Assembly: GCF_001194135.2 (NCBI RefSeq)
Contig: NC_068999.1
Coordinates: 38,851,197-38,890,853 of the forward strand
Reading direction: 5' to 3'
DNA from: Octopus bimaculoides
Lineage: Eukaryota
Length of the DNA: 39,657 nucleotides
Shown here one piece after another: positions 23,951-36,339 of the stretch; position 1 is the first letter of the stretch, and each line of letters opens with the position of its first letter. Both the position numbers and the translations under genes were made by a program. The notes beneath the pieces are model-generated. The model was not told the origin of the DNA. It was given only the letters and a program-made list of their open reading frames with translations, and made no database searches.

Positions 23951-24276
23951 GCATGCATATGTATAATAAGTATATAAGATTATACATGTGAACGTAGATG
24001 TGTTTACCTGTCCGCTAACACACACACACACAAACATATGTGTATGCATCTAATGCACGCACATGTACAAGCACGCAGAACTTCATTCTAAGATCAGAAC
24101 TCGTGTAAGAAATCTTTGAATAAATGGAGATTTGATAAATCTTACTACAAAAAAGAAGGAAGACTTTCAAGAAATTACGATAGGGTTAGATGATACATAC
24201 ACATATATAAATACGTTAAACGCACACATACATGTGCGTGTGTATACACCATCTAAATACATATGCATAATATATT

Positions 24277-24364
<88 letters not shown>

Positions 24365-24711
24365 CACACACACACACACACACACGAAATAGCTTATTAA
24401 CTGAATATTGATAATAGTTAGGTTATGTTATCTTGGATTTTCTTACCTTCTTCTGATCAATATGGAATATAACAAGCTTAATTATATAATAATATGATCG
24501 GAGACTTCGTAGAATTAATACCACGAAGACAAAGAAGAGAGAAAAAAAAAACATGAAAATAAATATAAATATAAATATACAAATATGTAATAAACAAATT
24601 TGAAGATATCAAATTAAGAGCATCATGTAATACCTTGTGTAATCATAGCAAGAGCGGTGGTATAAAAATCCTTCAAATGGAATGCTAGTCATTTTGAGAA
24701 AGTAAGAGTGA

Positions 24712-24751
24712 TATTATTATTATTATTATCATTATTATTATTATTATTATA

Positions 24752-24790
<39 letters not shown>
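24712..24790. repeat. (TAT)n followed by (ATA)n inverted microsatellite
   Basis: The junction ...ttattattat-aa-ataataataat... is seen directly. Confidence 0.95.
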
Positions 24791-24792
<2 letters not shown>

Positions 24793-24993
24793 TAAGGATG
24801 ATGATATTAACGATAATTAAACTCCGAAAAGATGGGAAAGAAATAGAGAAATAGTTCTCTTAATGGAAATACTATTAATAGTTGATCAAATCTCATAAAA
24901 ACATACGTATACATTTGCTTATATATGTATGTATATGTGACAGAAACATATACATATGTAATATGCGGGTGAGCACACACACACATGCACGCA

Positions 24994-25047
<54 letters not shown>

Positions 25048-25215
25048 CTCAAGTGTAATAGTTTGACGTCGACATCATCAGTAACGTCGAACGAAGTCAA
25101 TCTTTTATGAAATACGGTGTTACTCCATCTAAATGCGCTGAGTACTACTTTCTTTCATTTATCACAAATACGTCTGATATATATGTGTGACACACAATGT
25201 ATGTATGTATGTATG

Positions 25216-25249
<34 letters not shown>

Positions 25250-25539
25250 TGTATGTATGTATGTATGTAGAAGGTTGAAAAGTAACACACGAGTTGATAA
25301 GCACAAGGAAAATTGGTCAAGGTAGAAAATGCTGAAATAATTTGATCATGAAGAACATCTTGGCACCGGTTTCAGTTTTTGTGACTTTTTCAACTTAGAG
25401 TAAAGCATGAAAAAGGATTAAATTGTGGAAAAATGAAATGAAATGTGTTTTGTAAAACGTTGACCTTATTTGAAGGAGAACTCTGATCCCTTAATTTGGT
25501 TGACGCATATACCACAGTTAGATCTTCTGCATTTTTTTT

Positions 25540-25808
25540 TTTGCTGACACTTTCAATGTTCTTGACGAGTGTACTTGGGCTTGTGTTAGGAGACCTTTCA
25601 TTGACTTGCGTTGTCTTTTGCTCTTTGTGATGGTGTGCGTTTGGAAGTCTAGATCCATTCTGTGGTCCCTTTTTAGTAGAGAAATGTTCTGGAGTATGGT
25701 GTCGAAGGCTTCATTGTTAAGGAGGTTGTGCGTGGAGATGTATGGTAGGGATTTTGGTTGTAAATCCTTCTTTAATTTGGGATGTCTGAGTTCATGAATG
25801 TTGAGTTT
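25540..25808 (-). mobile_element. Penelope-like element ORF fragment (linker between RT and GIY-YIG)
   Basis: Open frame LNIHELRHPKLKKDLQPKSLPYISTHNLLNNEAFDTILQNISLLKRDHRMDLDFQTHTITKSKRQRKSMKGLLTQA. It resembles the PLE pattern P(Y/F)I.THNP...L..D..M...I.S.RQP.SLK..LT.A (recalled, not searched). Confidence 0.65.
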
Positions 25809-25959
25809 GTGGAGTGCTTAGCCACTTACTTGCACTCCACATGTAAAAGAACCAAGACATCCTTATGTCGTTGATAGTGCTCACGTAGCACCAACTGTAT
25901 CAATAGCAAGGCAGATCATTTTTTGGCATTCAGCAAACGCTTGCAGAGATGTGGAGGAA

Positions 25960-26135
25960 TTCGAACTCACTCACAGACACACAGAAATGCATGTCAGTAT
26001 ATGACAGACTTCTATTTCTGTCTACGAAATTTCACTCACAAACAATTGTGACTGGCCGACAATGTTCAATCAGTGGAACTGAACCCCTAACCATGTGGTT
26101 CCAAAATAAACTTGTTACCCACCCAACTATGTCAA
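25960..26135 (-). mobile_element. Decayed SINE family A 5' part
   Basis: ctacgaaatttcactcacaaac...agtggaactgaacccctaaccatgtggtt matches 35060-35187. Confidence 0.6.
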
Positions 26136-26865
26136 CGTCACTGAAATATTTGTGATCGATTCTTTTGAAAAAGTATAATGTAAAAGTCTACTGGTGTGAG
26201 TGTGTAGGAAGTTAAAATGCGACAGAATTCCGGAAGGCAGAAAAAAAATACAATCTGAGAAATAATACTCAGTAGTTCTTTGATAAACATAGAGAGGTAG
26301 AGCAACGAAAGATTACGTTACATAATTCTGTATATCATTAAGAAGATGTGAATAAATGTAATTTGTACAAATCTCCTTATCATTCAATATTAACTATAAA
26401 AAACCCAGAATGAGGCGAAGAGTGGCATTCGTTAAAAAATATGAGTGTTAATTCATTCTTATCGTTAATCTTCTGTTATGTTAAATAAAATTTTGATTAA
26501 AATCGCATTTGAAAGAGATAACAGAAAATGAGAAAGAAAAATAGTGAGTAATAATAATAATAATAATAATGATGATGATGATGATGATAATAGTAATGCT
26601 AGTAATAATTTTAATTTGAAGATCCATATTTATCGTGAAACGTCAAAAACAGAAAGCTGACACGAGTATAAACTGTCTGTGATTTATTCAATCAAAGATT
26701 AAAATAAGAAAATATCTTTTCCATATTGAATTAGTTACCATTTTAATTCATGTATGTGTATGTGGGTGGACATACATATGTATGTCTGCATTTGTGAGAT
26801 GTATGTGTTTGTGAGTTTGTATGCATACATACACACACAAGCACATACAATAAGCGTATGCATTT

Positions 26866-26930
<65 letters not shown>

Positions 26931-27180
26931 NNNNNNNNNNNNNNNNNNNNNNNNNNNNNNNNNNNNNNNNNNNNNNNNNNNNNNNNNNNNNNNNNNNNNN
27001 NNNNNNNNNNNNNNNNNNNNNNNNNNNNNNNNNNNNNNNNNNNNNNNNNNNNNNNNNNNNNNNNNNNNNNNNNNNNNNNNNNNNNNNNNNNNNNNNNNNN
27101 NNNNNNNNNNNNNNNNNNNNNNNNNNNNNNNNNNNNNNNNNNNNNNNNNNNNNNNNNNNNNNNNNNNNNNNNNNNNNNNN
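26931..27180. other. Assembly gap (250 N) between (GT)n and (TA)n
   Basis: N run seen directly. Confidence 1.
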
Positions 27181-28009
27181 TATATATATATAAACATGAA
27201 TATACATAAGTGACCAAACATATGCATATCTCACTCTCTCTTACTTTGGACGTATATATAAGACAATTACCACAATAAAAAAGAATGGCAAAGTGAATAT
27301 TTATAAAAATTTCTATATAAATAAGGATAAGATCGTTATTTTAAATAGCGATCGTCATTATATTCACTGTGGTGGTATTTTGGTAGTATAGCACATGGGG
27401 TCTGGATGGACAACTGAACTGGTCACTGCATATATGTATATGCATATATCTATATATATATGTATGTATATATATATACATATATGCACGCACACACACA
27501 CACATGTGTGTGTATATATATATATATATATACATATGTATGTATGAATATGAAATCAACTAACTTTTGAAGAACAAAGAGAAGATGACCCAACGCAACC
27601 GTGAAACACAATATTACTTCTTTCCTAAAACTATGAGAGGTAGCTCATGCTACTGGCAATTTCAAATATAACTCATTCTTTCCCAAACTTTGAACATTCA
27701 TTTACATGACTCAGGAGTAAATCCTTCACATAGATCACTGAATTTCTGAGCTTCTGTCGATGATGACAATCTAAACAACTCCAAAACATTAGTGTAGTCG
27801 TTATTTTGTCCTTACAAAGAACGATCGTTCATTGCTCCAGACATGTAAATCAACGTTGGAAGATTAATTCTTATTTTGTTCAAATTATCTTTGAGAATCA
27901 CTACCAATTATTGCAAGGTTTTTTCTTTCTTCTACAACTAAAAGGGAAATTTAAATGACTTTTTTTTTTTCTTTTGCACACAGAATTCAGTATTATCACA
28001 TTTTAAATT

Positions 28010-28181
28010 TTACACACACACACACATACACATACGTATATACCTACAAGCACGTACATATATCTACGCGTGTCTAAGTGCGCATATATATATGTGTGTG
28101 TGTCTATATATACATATATAAACATAAATAAACACATACACACATACCACATACCATGCATACATACATACGTATATATAT

Positions 28182-28225
<44 letters not shown>

Positions 28226-28297
28226 CCATAAATATACATGCATACATACATACCACACATGCATATATATATATATGTATATATACATACACATATG

Positions 28298-28360
<63 letters not shown>

Positions 28361-28390
28361 AATATACACATAAATGCATAGGCAGACACA
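28010..28390. repeat. Compound (CA)/(TA)/(TACA) microsatellite field
   Basis: Seen directly. It produces the YIYI/CVCV pseudo-ORFs. Confidence 0.95.
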
Positions 28391-29029
28391 CATGAATATC
28401 TAAGCCACTACATGGAAGCACTGACACACAGCAATACACATTAAACAAGATGTTATGATTTTAATCAGCCTGAACTTTTTCACTGGAATAAATTTCATCT
28501 TAACTGATCTGAAAAGATAAACGTTATCATTTATATCTCCAACAAAATAGCTTTTCCATAGACACACACATCTCTAATTAGTTTTCTTCGTTAGAGTTTT
28601 GTTTAGTGTATTGAAGGGATTGTTTTATTTATATATTTTTCATTCCTCAGGTCTGCTACATTGTAAAAGAACAAAAATATAATAATAAAAAAAAAAATAA
28701 TAATAATAATAATTTCTGCCTTAATTATTTTCTTACACTAAATGATTGATTGGCTGTTTTTGTTCTTGTTGTTATTATTGTTCTTTTTTTCTTATCATCA
28801 TCATCATCATCATCATCTAGCGTTTCTTATGGCTCTATTACTTTCTGAGTTCAAAATCCACTGGGATCACTTTTGTCTTTCCTCCTTTTCGTGGTTGATA
28901 AAATGGAGAACTTGTCAAATCCTAGGATTAATGTATTTGTATAACACCTATAATCTAAAATTGCTTGTCTCATGACAAATTTCGAAATAATAATAATAAT
29001 AATGATAATAATGACGTTGATGATGATAA

Positions 29030-29340
29030 CTGATTGGAAGTGTTATCACATACATTGTTTTGTCTTGGTTTAAAAGATGGGCTACAGTAAATATTCTGCT
29101 CAATACCACAAATTCACTTGTCAGTTGTTTGACCTTAACCAGTGGAGCATGTCTCTTAGTGGCTGACAATATGTACATCTCTGAGCAGAAGTAGTGGGGG
29201 AGCATCATAGCCATGTGTTGATAGGAATTCTTTGGGGTTTGAATAATTCACCTCTGGAAACATGGGTGTTCGCTGGTCACTGTGTGTGACATGGTGATCT
29301 CATATCAAGATTAACAATGCATGACCTTGCAGATGGGAGT
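29030..29340. repeat. Dispersed repeat (family C), copy 2
   Basis: Shares ~120 bp with ~6245-6365. Confidence 0.8.
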
Positions 29341-29614
29341 AGATGGAACAGGGACAACTGAAGAAGGGAAATATTCTTTATGTTGCATGTCTCGTTTCTC
29401 AGTTTGTTTCTTTCGTTGTTCGAAAAAAATGTTCGTTTTCTGTCTTCGTCTTTATGTTTTCGTTTCTCATTGTGTTTAACGTTTTTGTGATGTCCTGTAC
29501 CCATATATGCATGTATGTATACATATAGATGTAGGTACGTACATATATGTATGGATATATGCATATACTTATATATCATTTATGTTATTATATATATATA
29601 TATATATATATGAG

Positions 29615-29656
<42 letters not shown>

Positions 29657-29796
29657 GAGAAAGATAAATACACACACATAGGTTAAATAAAATTATATAA
29701 TAATATTCAGAGAAAGCTTTACATTCTTATGTGCACACAAACACACACACATACACACACTCACACACGCATACACACACTAACACACACACACAC

Positions 29797-29859
<63 letters not shown>

Positions 29860-30743
29860 CATGTTTTATCTTCCTAGAAAATCATGGTATACTTGAAGCC
29901 AGCTTCCAGTTTGATATCACAAAGAAAATAAAAAAGCCATCGATGAAGAATTCAGATGGATATATTGGCACACATTTTTGCAATTTTATTTGGCAATAGA
30001 TTTCACTACATGAATCCCAATATTTTGATATGAAACAAGGAATGGAATCCTGATAAGATCAAGTCACAATTTTAAACCAAATCCTAACGTTCTGGAACTT
30101 ATTGCATTACATGTTGTATTGCAAGAATTTCAGTAACTAAAATCCCCATTTTTGCTCTCTGTCGAAATCTTTTATGCAGACATTGTCGCAAAGATCTTAA
30201 GGCTAAGAACCAGTTATATCAGTTTCACCATTCCTTTGGGCAGATTGTGAATCGCCCTTCAAACCTAAACTGAAATTGCGCAAAGGTAAAAAGAGAAGAG
30301 AAAAGAAGCTTACTCCAAAAATATACGAACTGACAGGTGCTCGTATACCTTGTGTACACTAACTTCTGTAGGAAGATATACGTTTAAGCTTTGTGTGCCA
30401 ACAAATATACATACATGCATATATGAATATATTCATATATGCAAATATATTCGAAGAAGGCAAGAGAGAGACGAAATATATATAACAATGCAAATTAAAA
30501 CAAAAAAAAAACACAACAGAAACAAAACAAAGTGAGAACCTAGCTACACATTTGTACATTTATATACAAAACCCTCATCATGAATATATATATATGTGTG
30601 TGTACTTGCACACACACACACACACGCACAAGTATGTGTGTATACATATGCATACATAATATATAAACACAGATGTGTGCAAAGAAAGAAACAAACACAA
30701 TGTACATACTTTTGTCGTACACATATATGCATCTATGACTGTA

Positions 30744-30830
<87 letters not shown>

Positions 30831-31392
30831 GTATGCTTGTGTGTTTGTGTGCGTGTGTGTGTGTGTGTGTGTGTGAATATATCAATACATAATACATATA
30901 TTTGCAGAGACAAAAGTCACACACCGGGTGACAAAAGGTTACATTCATAGCTCAGTGGGTCGGGGCAGGGAAGGATAGAGACGCATTCATACCATGTGAC
31001 AAGCACTCAAATATATTACAACTATGGAACTATGCTAATTTCACCAGTAACCATTTCAAATTCATATCTTTTCTGACTCTGCTTAATTGGTTTCTCAATA
31101 CTCTGCTGTGTTCCATTCTTCTGTAGAATTTATTGCCATTTACAGAATATTGATTTCGAATTTTTCACCACCACCAATATAAAATGAGGGAGTGAAGGAT
31201 GTAGTAAATTACTTTGTTATCCTTCCCGGTTATATGACTGGTACTGACTTTGGCCATTTAATAGCACTAATTATGTTTAAGTATAAACATCTCAGGAAGA
31301 TTCTAGTAAGTATTTAAATATGAGACATTGGAACCATTTAATTATAAATATATGATATACATTTATTATAGTGGCAGTTATTGTTAAACCTC

Positions 31393-31830
31393 ATCATCCT
31401 CCTCCTCATCGTTTAACGTCCGTTTTCCATGCTGGCATGGGTTGGATGGTTTGACTGAGGTCTGGAATGCCAGCAGCTACACCAGGCTCCAATCTGATCT
31501 GGCAATGTTTCTACAGCTGGATGCCCTTCCTAATGCCAACCACTCTGAAAGTGTAGTGGGTGCTTTTTACATGCCACTGGCACTGGAGCCAATCAGGTGG
31601 GCCTAGCATCGATCATGTTTGGATAGTGGTTTTTACGTGCTACCAGCATGGGAGCCAGACAAACAGCCCTGGCATCGATCACATTCAGATAGTACATTTT
31701 ACATGACACTGGCACAGGAGCTGGTCAAGCAGCCCCGGCATCGATCACGTTTGGATAGTGCTTTTTACTTGCTACCGGCATGGGAGCCTGTTAAGTGACA
31801 CTGGCCTCGACCACATTTGGATGGTGCTGC
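31393..31830 (-). mobile_element. RTE-type retroposon 3' end with internal minisatellite
   Basis: The minus strand ends ...catggaaaacggacgttaaacgatgag(gag)gatgatg. It contains ggatgcccttcctaatgccaacc, a motif I recall from RTE-family 3' ends. Confidence 0.6.
31559..31828. repeat. 66-bp minisatellite x4 with A-B-A-B structure
   Basis: The ttttac anchor recurs at 31565, 31631, 31697 and 31763. Units 1 and 3 share catg(c/a)cactggcac; units 2 and 4 share tgctacc(a/g)gcatgggagcc. Confidence 0.9.
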
Positions 31831-32009
31831 AATTTGTCCTCTGATGCTATTTATTTGTTCAGACACAGAATATGAAAAGTAAACACAAGAGCATTTAAAT
31901 TCCGACTTGGAATTAGAATCTAACATGGCCAAACTGCCGATTAATGCCAACTGGGGCCAATACAGAATTTTTGTGTTACATTTCTTTAATGAAAATAATT
32001 ATTTCCGAT

Positions 32010-32573
32010 TTAGGCTCAAAGCCATAAAATTTAGGAGAAAAGAGTAAGTTGATTGCCACAACCCTTGTACTCAGTTGGGACTTATGTGACAGCTGGTGCT
32101 GGCTGCTGGAGCCTACTAGTGAGCATTTAAAGGGAAATTTGGCCTGAAATTTGGGGCAAAGTGGTAGTTGATTACATTAACTCCAGTGCATAACTGGTAC
32201 TTATTTCATTGACCCTGAATGGACGAAAGGCAAAGCCGACCTTAGCAGGATTTGAATTAAGAGCATAAAGACGGATTAAATGTTGGTAAGCATTCTGCCC
32301 GACAGGGTTACGATTCGGCCAGCTCACTGCCTTTACTGTTTCAAATTCTGGCACAAGGCCAGCAATTTGGGGGGTTAGAGTTAAGTTGATTACATCGACC
32401 CCAGTACTCAACTGGTACTTATTTTATTGATTGCGAAAGGTTGGAAAGCAAAGTCAACCTTGGTGTTTGTTTGTTTTTTTCTTTTGAAATTTGAGCTCAA
32501 AGTTTGTAAAGATGAACGAAATGCCACTCAGCATTTTGCCTGGCATGCTAATGATTCTGCCAGCTCACCACCT
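32010..32573 (-). mobile_element. Stack of three SINE family B copies (one partial, two near complete)
   Basis: gtaagttgatt(g/a)c... recurs at ~32045, ~32165 and ~32383. The heads end in ccagctcactgcctt (~32335) and ccagctcaccacctt (~32573), the latter followed by (AAC)n. Confidence 0.8.
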
Positions 32574-32959
32574 TAACAACAACAACAACAACAACAATAA
32601 TATTGAAGTAAATATCATTTCATTTTGCACCTGTACAGAAACGTGAGGTGTGAAACAAGAATAATGAAAGCCAACACAATTAGTGTGAAGATCAATAGAA
32701 AAGCTTAAGATTAAAACCAAAAATAATTCCAAAAGTAACATCTTTGCACATGACAAACATTATGACCGTTCAACAAATAGTTTAAGCAGCTCAGAATGAA
32801 AACTAAACAGCTAAGAAGAAAAAAAAAATTTTGGCAGTCAAATTGAATTAACAAAATTCCAACTTAATTATAATAAAATACCATAGGAAAATTGAGGATA
32901 CGGTTTTGACTTCCCATTAAATTTCTCTGCGTTTATATGAGAAATTTAAAAGTGCAAGC

Positions 32960-33120
32960 ATAGGGGCAGGCAATGTTGTGTGAGTTAGCATCTTGCCGCT
33001 CAACCTTGTGATGATAGGTTCAATTCCACAGTGTAACACCTCAGTCAAGTGTCTTTTACCATAGATTCAGGCCAACCAAAGACTTGATGTATTAGAGAGA
33101 AACTGTCGGAAAGCAGTTGT
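32960..33120 (+). mobile_element. Decayed SINE family A head
   Basis: gcaggcaatgttgtgtgagttagc...aggttcaattcc (B-box-like)...agtcaagtgtcttttaccatag...ccaaccaaag corresponds to the reverse complement of 35060-35187. Confidence 0.6.
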
Positions 33121-33171
33121 CACTCACCTAATCTTCCCCGCTCGCTCTCTCTCTCTCTCGCTCTCTCTCTT

Positions 33172-33252
<81 letters not shown>

Positions 33253-33352
33253 TTAATTTAAAAAATGGAGGAAAAACAAGGAAAAAACAGCAACGCAAGG
33301 ACGTGGTACATGCAAAATATTAATAAGACACTGAGGGAAGGAAAGAAAGTTA

Positions 33353-33387
33353 GTTTTATGTTTCGGGCAAAGCTCTTCTTCAGAAAC
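33353..33387 (-). ncRNA. Minimal hammerhead-like motif, second family (H2)
   Basis: The minus strand reads gttt-CTGAAGA-a-gagc-ttt-gccc-GAAAC-ATA-aaac. Stem I is perfect and stem II pairs 3/4. GAAAC-ATA is one transition from GAAACGTA. It is followed by taactttct, as in family H1. Confidence 0.55.
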
Positions 33388-34769
33388 AAGACACAGAGGA
33401 AAGTCCAAGGGAAAAGGAAGACGGAGTAAAAAAAAATGCCAATGACCCACATGTAGTTACATTTTGAAATATATTGAGTGTACTGTTCCATATCTTATGC
33501 CATGTGATCAGTGCCTGAAGACTGTGCTGACACACCAGATGTGTTAAAAGCCTGGCATGCTTTCATTGCATGCAATTAATAGTTTCAATCATCACAACAA
33601 CAAATTTCTTAGGCAGATTGCTGACCAAATATGATCATTACTCAATTTAATTATTTACATAGGTTTACACAAAATAAGACAGAAGCTAAATCTTCTATTC
33701 TGCAAAAACTAATATTCAACATTTTACTGTTATGTCAATTATAAGGAATCGTTGTTTTTACCATTTTCAAGTCATGTCAGAGGAGAAATGGGTGTTGCAA
33801 TGATATTTTCAAGGGACATGAGATTTGGTGTGTGAGAGGACAGCACATCTCTCATTAAATATGCTGACTTTGAAGGGGTTTTGTACGGTTTTATTTACTT
33901 AATTTCAAACACAAGATTTTGGTCGATCACAGTTTATGACAGAATATACTTGATGGGTATTTTTATATTAATTTCATTTGATTTTTATATGAATTGCATT
34001 GATTAAACATACACATTGCCAATGATGTACAAACAAATAAAAAAAAAAGAGAAGAAAAATGTTAGAATATTTATTGAAAACAAGAATATAATTTAGGGTT
34101 TTATGGCAATGAATTGCCAATTTCAGTGTTATATTAACCATTAACTTATAATTCTTGGAGATTAATGGTTCATATATGAGCCATATATTAACCTTCAAGA
34201 AAGAAAAGAAGATGAATGAGTGTTGAATTTAATGACACCCAGGAGATTTTATCACCATATGATATTTCTAGTCGAGGATTATAGGAGCAGAGGCATATTT
34301 GTTTTATGTTGCTGACAAACAACCTCACATCACAGCATGTTTGCTACACGTAAAGCCTATTAAAATTTTGTTAGGCTATTGGTTAACCAGTAATGTAATT
34401 ATATTACGTAATTAGTAGAAACAAATTATCTGGGAGTTGGACAGCTCTCAACATGGCAGGAACAAGTTGATATGTTGAAACTGAACACAGCCATCATTGA
34501 AATTTTAACTTCAAATTTGGATAATATCTGCTCAATAGTTGATCCATTATCATTAGGAAAGTAGACTGCTGCAAGGTACAGAAGTCCATACAAACAGCCA
34601 ATAGTAAAGCCTATTTGTGTTTGTGAGAAATTGTAGCTAAATCATATCAGAATGTCTTCAGAAAAAAAAAAAAGCATACCGGAAATGTGCCCCTTGATAC
34701 AAAGTTTTAAAAATCATGATGGGATGGTCACTTGTGGAACTTCATGATTAGTAGTGATCCAATTTCTTT

Positions 34770-35187
34770 TATTCTTTTACTTGTTTCAATCATTTGACTG
34801 CAGCTATGCTGGAGTATCACCTTTAGTCAAACAAATCGACTTCAGGACGTATTCTTTGGAAGCCTAGTACTTACTCTATTGGTTTCTTTTGCTGAACTGC
34901 TAAGTTACAGGGACGTAAAAGCACACACACTAGTTGTCAGGTGATAGCGGCAGGAACAAACACATGCAAATATATACCTACAAGAATAGCCTGGGCAAAA
35001 TTCAGAGAGCTCCTACCTCTGCTGGTGACAAAGGGCCTCTCACTCAGATGGTCTTCTTTCAGTTTCATCTAGCAAATTCACTCACAAAGCTTTGGTTGGC
35101 CAGATCCTATAGTAGAAGACACTTGCCCAAAGTACCATGCAGTGGATTGAACCCAGAACCATGTGGTTGGGAAGCAAGCTTCTTACG
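34770..35187 (-). mobile_element. Near full-length tRNA-headed SINE family A
   Basis: The minus-strand head catggctgtgtcgtaagaagcttgcttcccaaccacatggttctgggttcaatcc has A-box-like (tggctgtgtcg) and B-box-like (ggttcaatcc) motifs. It continues gggcaagtgtcttctactatag, and its tail matches ~290-440. Confidence 0.8.
34983..35048 (+). mobile_element. 66-bp RTE-clade LINE ORF fragment embedded in the SINE
   Basis: Reads RIAWAKFRELLPLLVTKGLSLR, resembling the post-RT RTE segment AW.KF.EL...L....LSL..KG.LY (recalled). Confidence 0.6.
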
Positions 35188-36339
35188 ACACAGCCATGTA
35201 TAAAAATAACCTATTTTGGATTCTGTAAGACATTATTATGAGAAAATATTATTACTTTTTAATCCATCTGAGTTCTAGGTGGGAGTTAAATTTGATTTCA
35301 ATTTTCCTGGAACTGAAGAACAGTTTGAATGATATTTGTCTTGCCATTTCTTCAGCTTCACCAACTATGCAATTGATAAATGATGCAAGTGCATATTAGC
35401 GGTAAATTATTGCCAGAAGCTGAAAGCAAATTAGCAATGTTAAGAAATGAAGCCATGAATGTAATGAGGGAGTGCAAGTTCAAGCAAGACATATTCAAGT
35501 ATATTACACGGACACAACAACAACAACAACAATAATCCATACTATAATAAACGAAACTACTAATTAATTAGTTTGGATTATATCATGTTTACTAAAAGAA
35601 AGCAATTATTAGACTCTATAGTGCTTAGAAGATTCTTACAAATACCAAATTTTAGGAAGAAAAACTAATAATTATAATGATAACAATAATAATGTTTTTG
35701 TTATTAAGTGACCTGAGTGGATGATGATCCACATTGAAGGGCATGCATTGATATTAATCGCATTTATATGGCAAGTGACTCAGCTGAGTAAATATTTAAT
35801 AAATAAAAGTCAGTGGCAAACCTCTCACTAAAAACATTCCAAATGTGGCCATCACATTCATGTTTACAGGCAGTGATTTTAGGACTACATTCTCAAATGT
35901 GTTCCAATCATTTCATCATGTGCTAAGTTGTGATGGAAAGGAAATGATCTGACAGCTAATTTTAGCACCCACCCACCATTGTTCGCTTGTATGGAATAAC
36001 GTTAGAATGAAAAAAGTAACCGAGAAGTAATCAAGTGACTATAAAAGAAAAGAAGATACTCAAGGGAGAATGCATTTAAGATTAAGCTTGATTTGGTTGG
36101 AGAAATTTCTCTGTGATTAAATAAATCAGGTGCAATAGCATTTCTATGAAAAGAGGACTGATGAATATTTTATAGGGAAACAAGATTTTCTAGTTATACA
36201 GAAAACCAAAAAAAATCATTCTTAGAAAAGAGACAATAAACACAATGCTTGAAATGGGTTCATTAATATTGACATGAAAGAAATGATGTTAATTATAACA
36301 ACACACACACATGTATGTCTGTGTGTGTGTTTATATATA

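Noticed and set aside
25072-25100. CTGATGA followed by palindromes (minus strand), hammerhead-like
   Set aside because: It lacks the GAAA core half and stem I pairing.
25266-25300. aggttgaaaag resembling the left mariner TIR at 36340
   Set aside because: Only ~11 bp match, and there is no partner TIR or transposase remnant nearby.
436-30948. Dozens of ORFs rich in YI/CV/HT or homopolymer runs (I, S, D, T, L, M)
   Set aside because: They are translations of (TA)n, (TG)n, (CAT)n and (TAA)n microsatellites or N gaps, and they are open on several frames and strands at once.
31559-31828. Regularly spaced repeats resembling a CRISPR array
   Set aside because: Whole 66-bp units are homologous with no unique spacers, there are no cas genes, and the context is a eukaryotic retroposon.
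32620-32630. Possible tiny terminal exon (minus strand, tttctgtacag|gt gca aaa tga)
   Set aside because: It is too short to support, although its position near the right CpG boundary is compatible.
35130-35187. tRNA-like A/B boxes (also at ~7600, ~32960)
   Set aside because: No cloverleaf or acceptor stem is present. They continue into dispersed SINE bodies.
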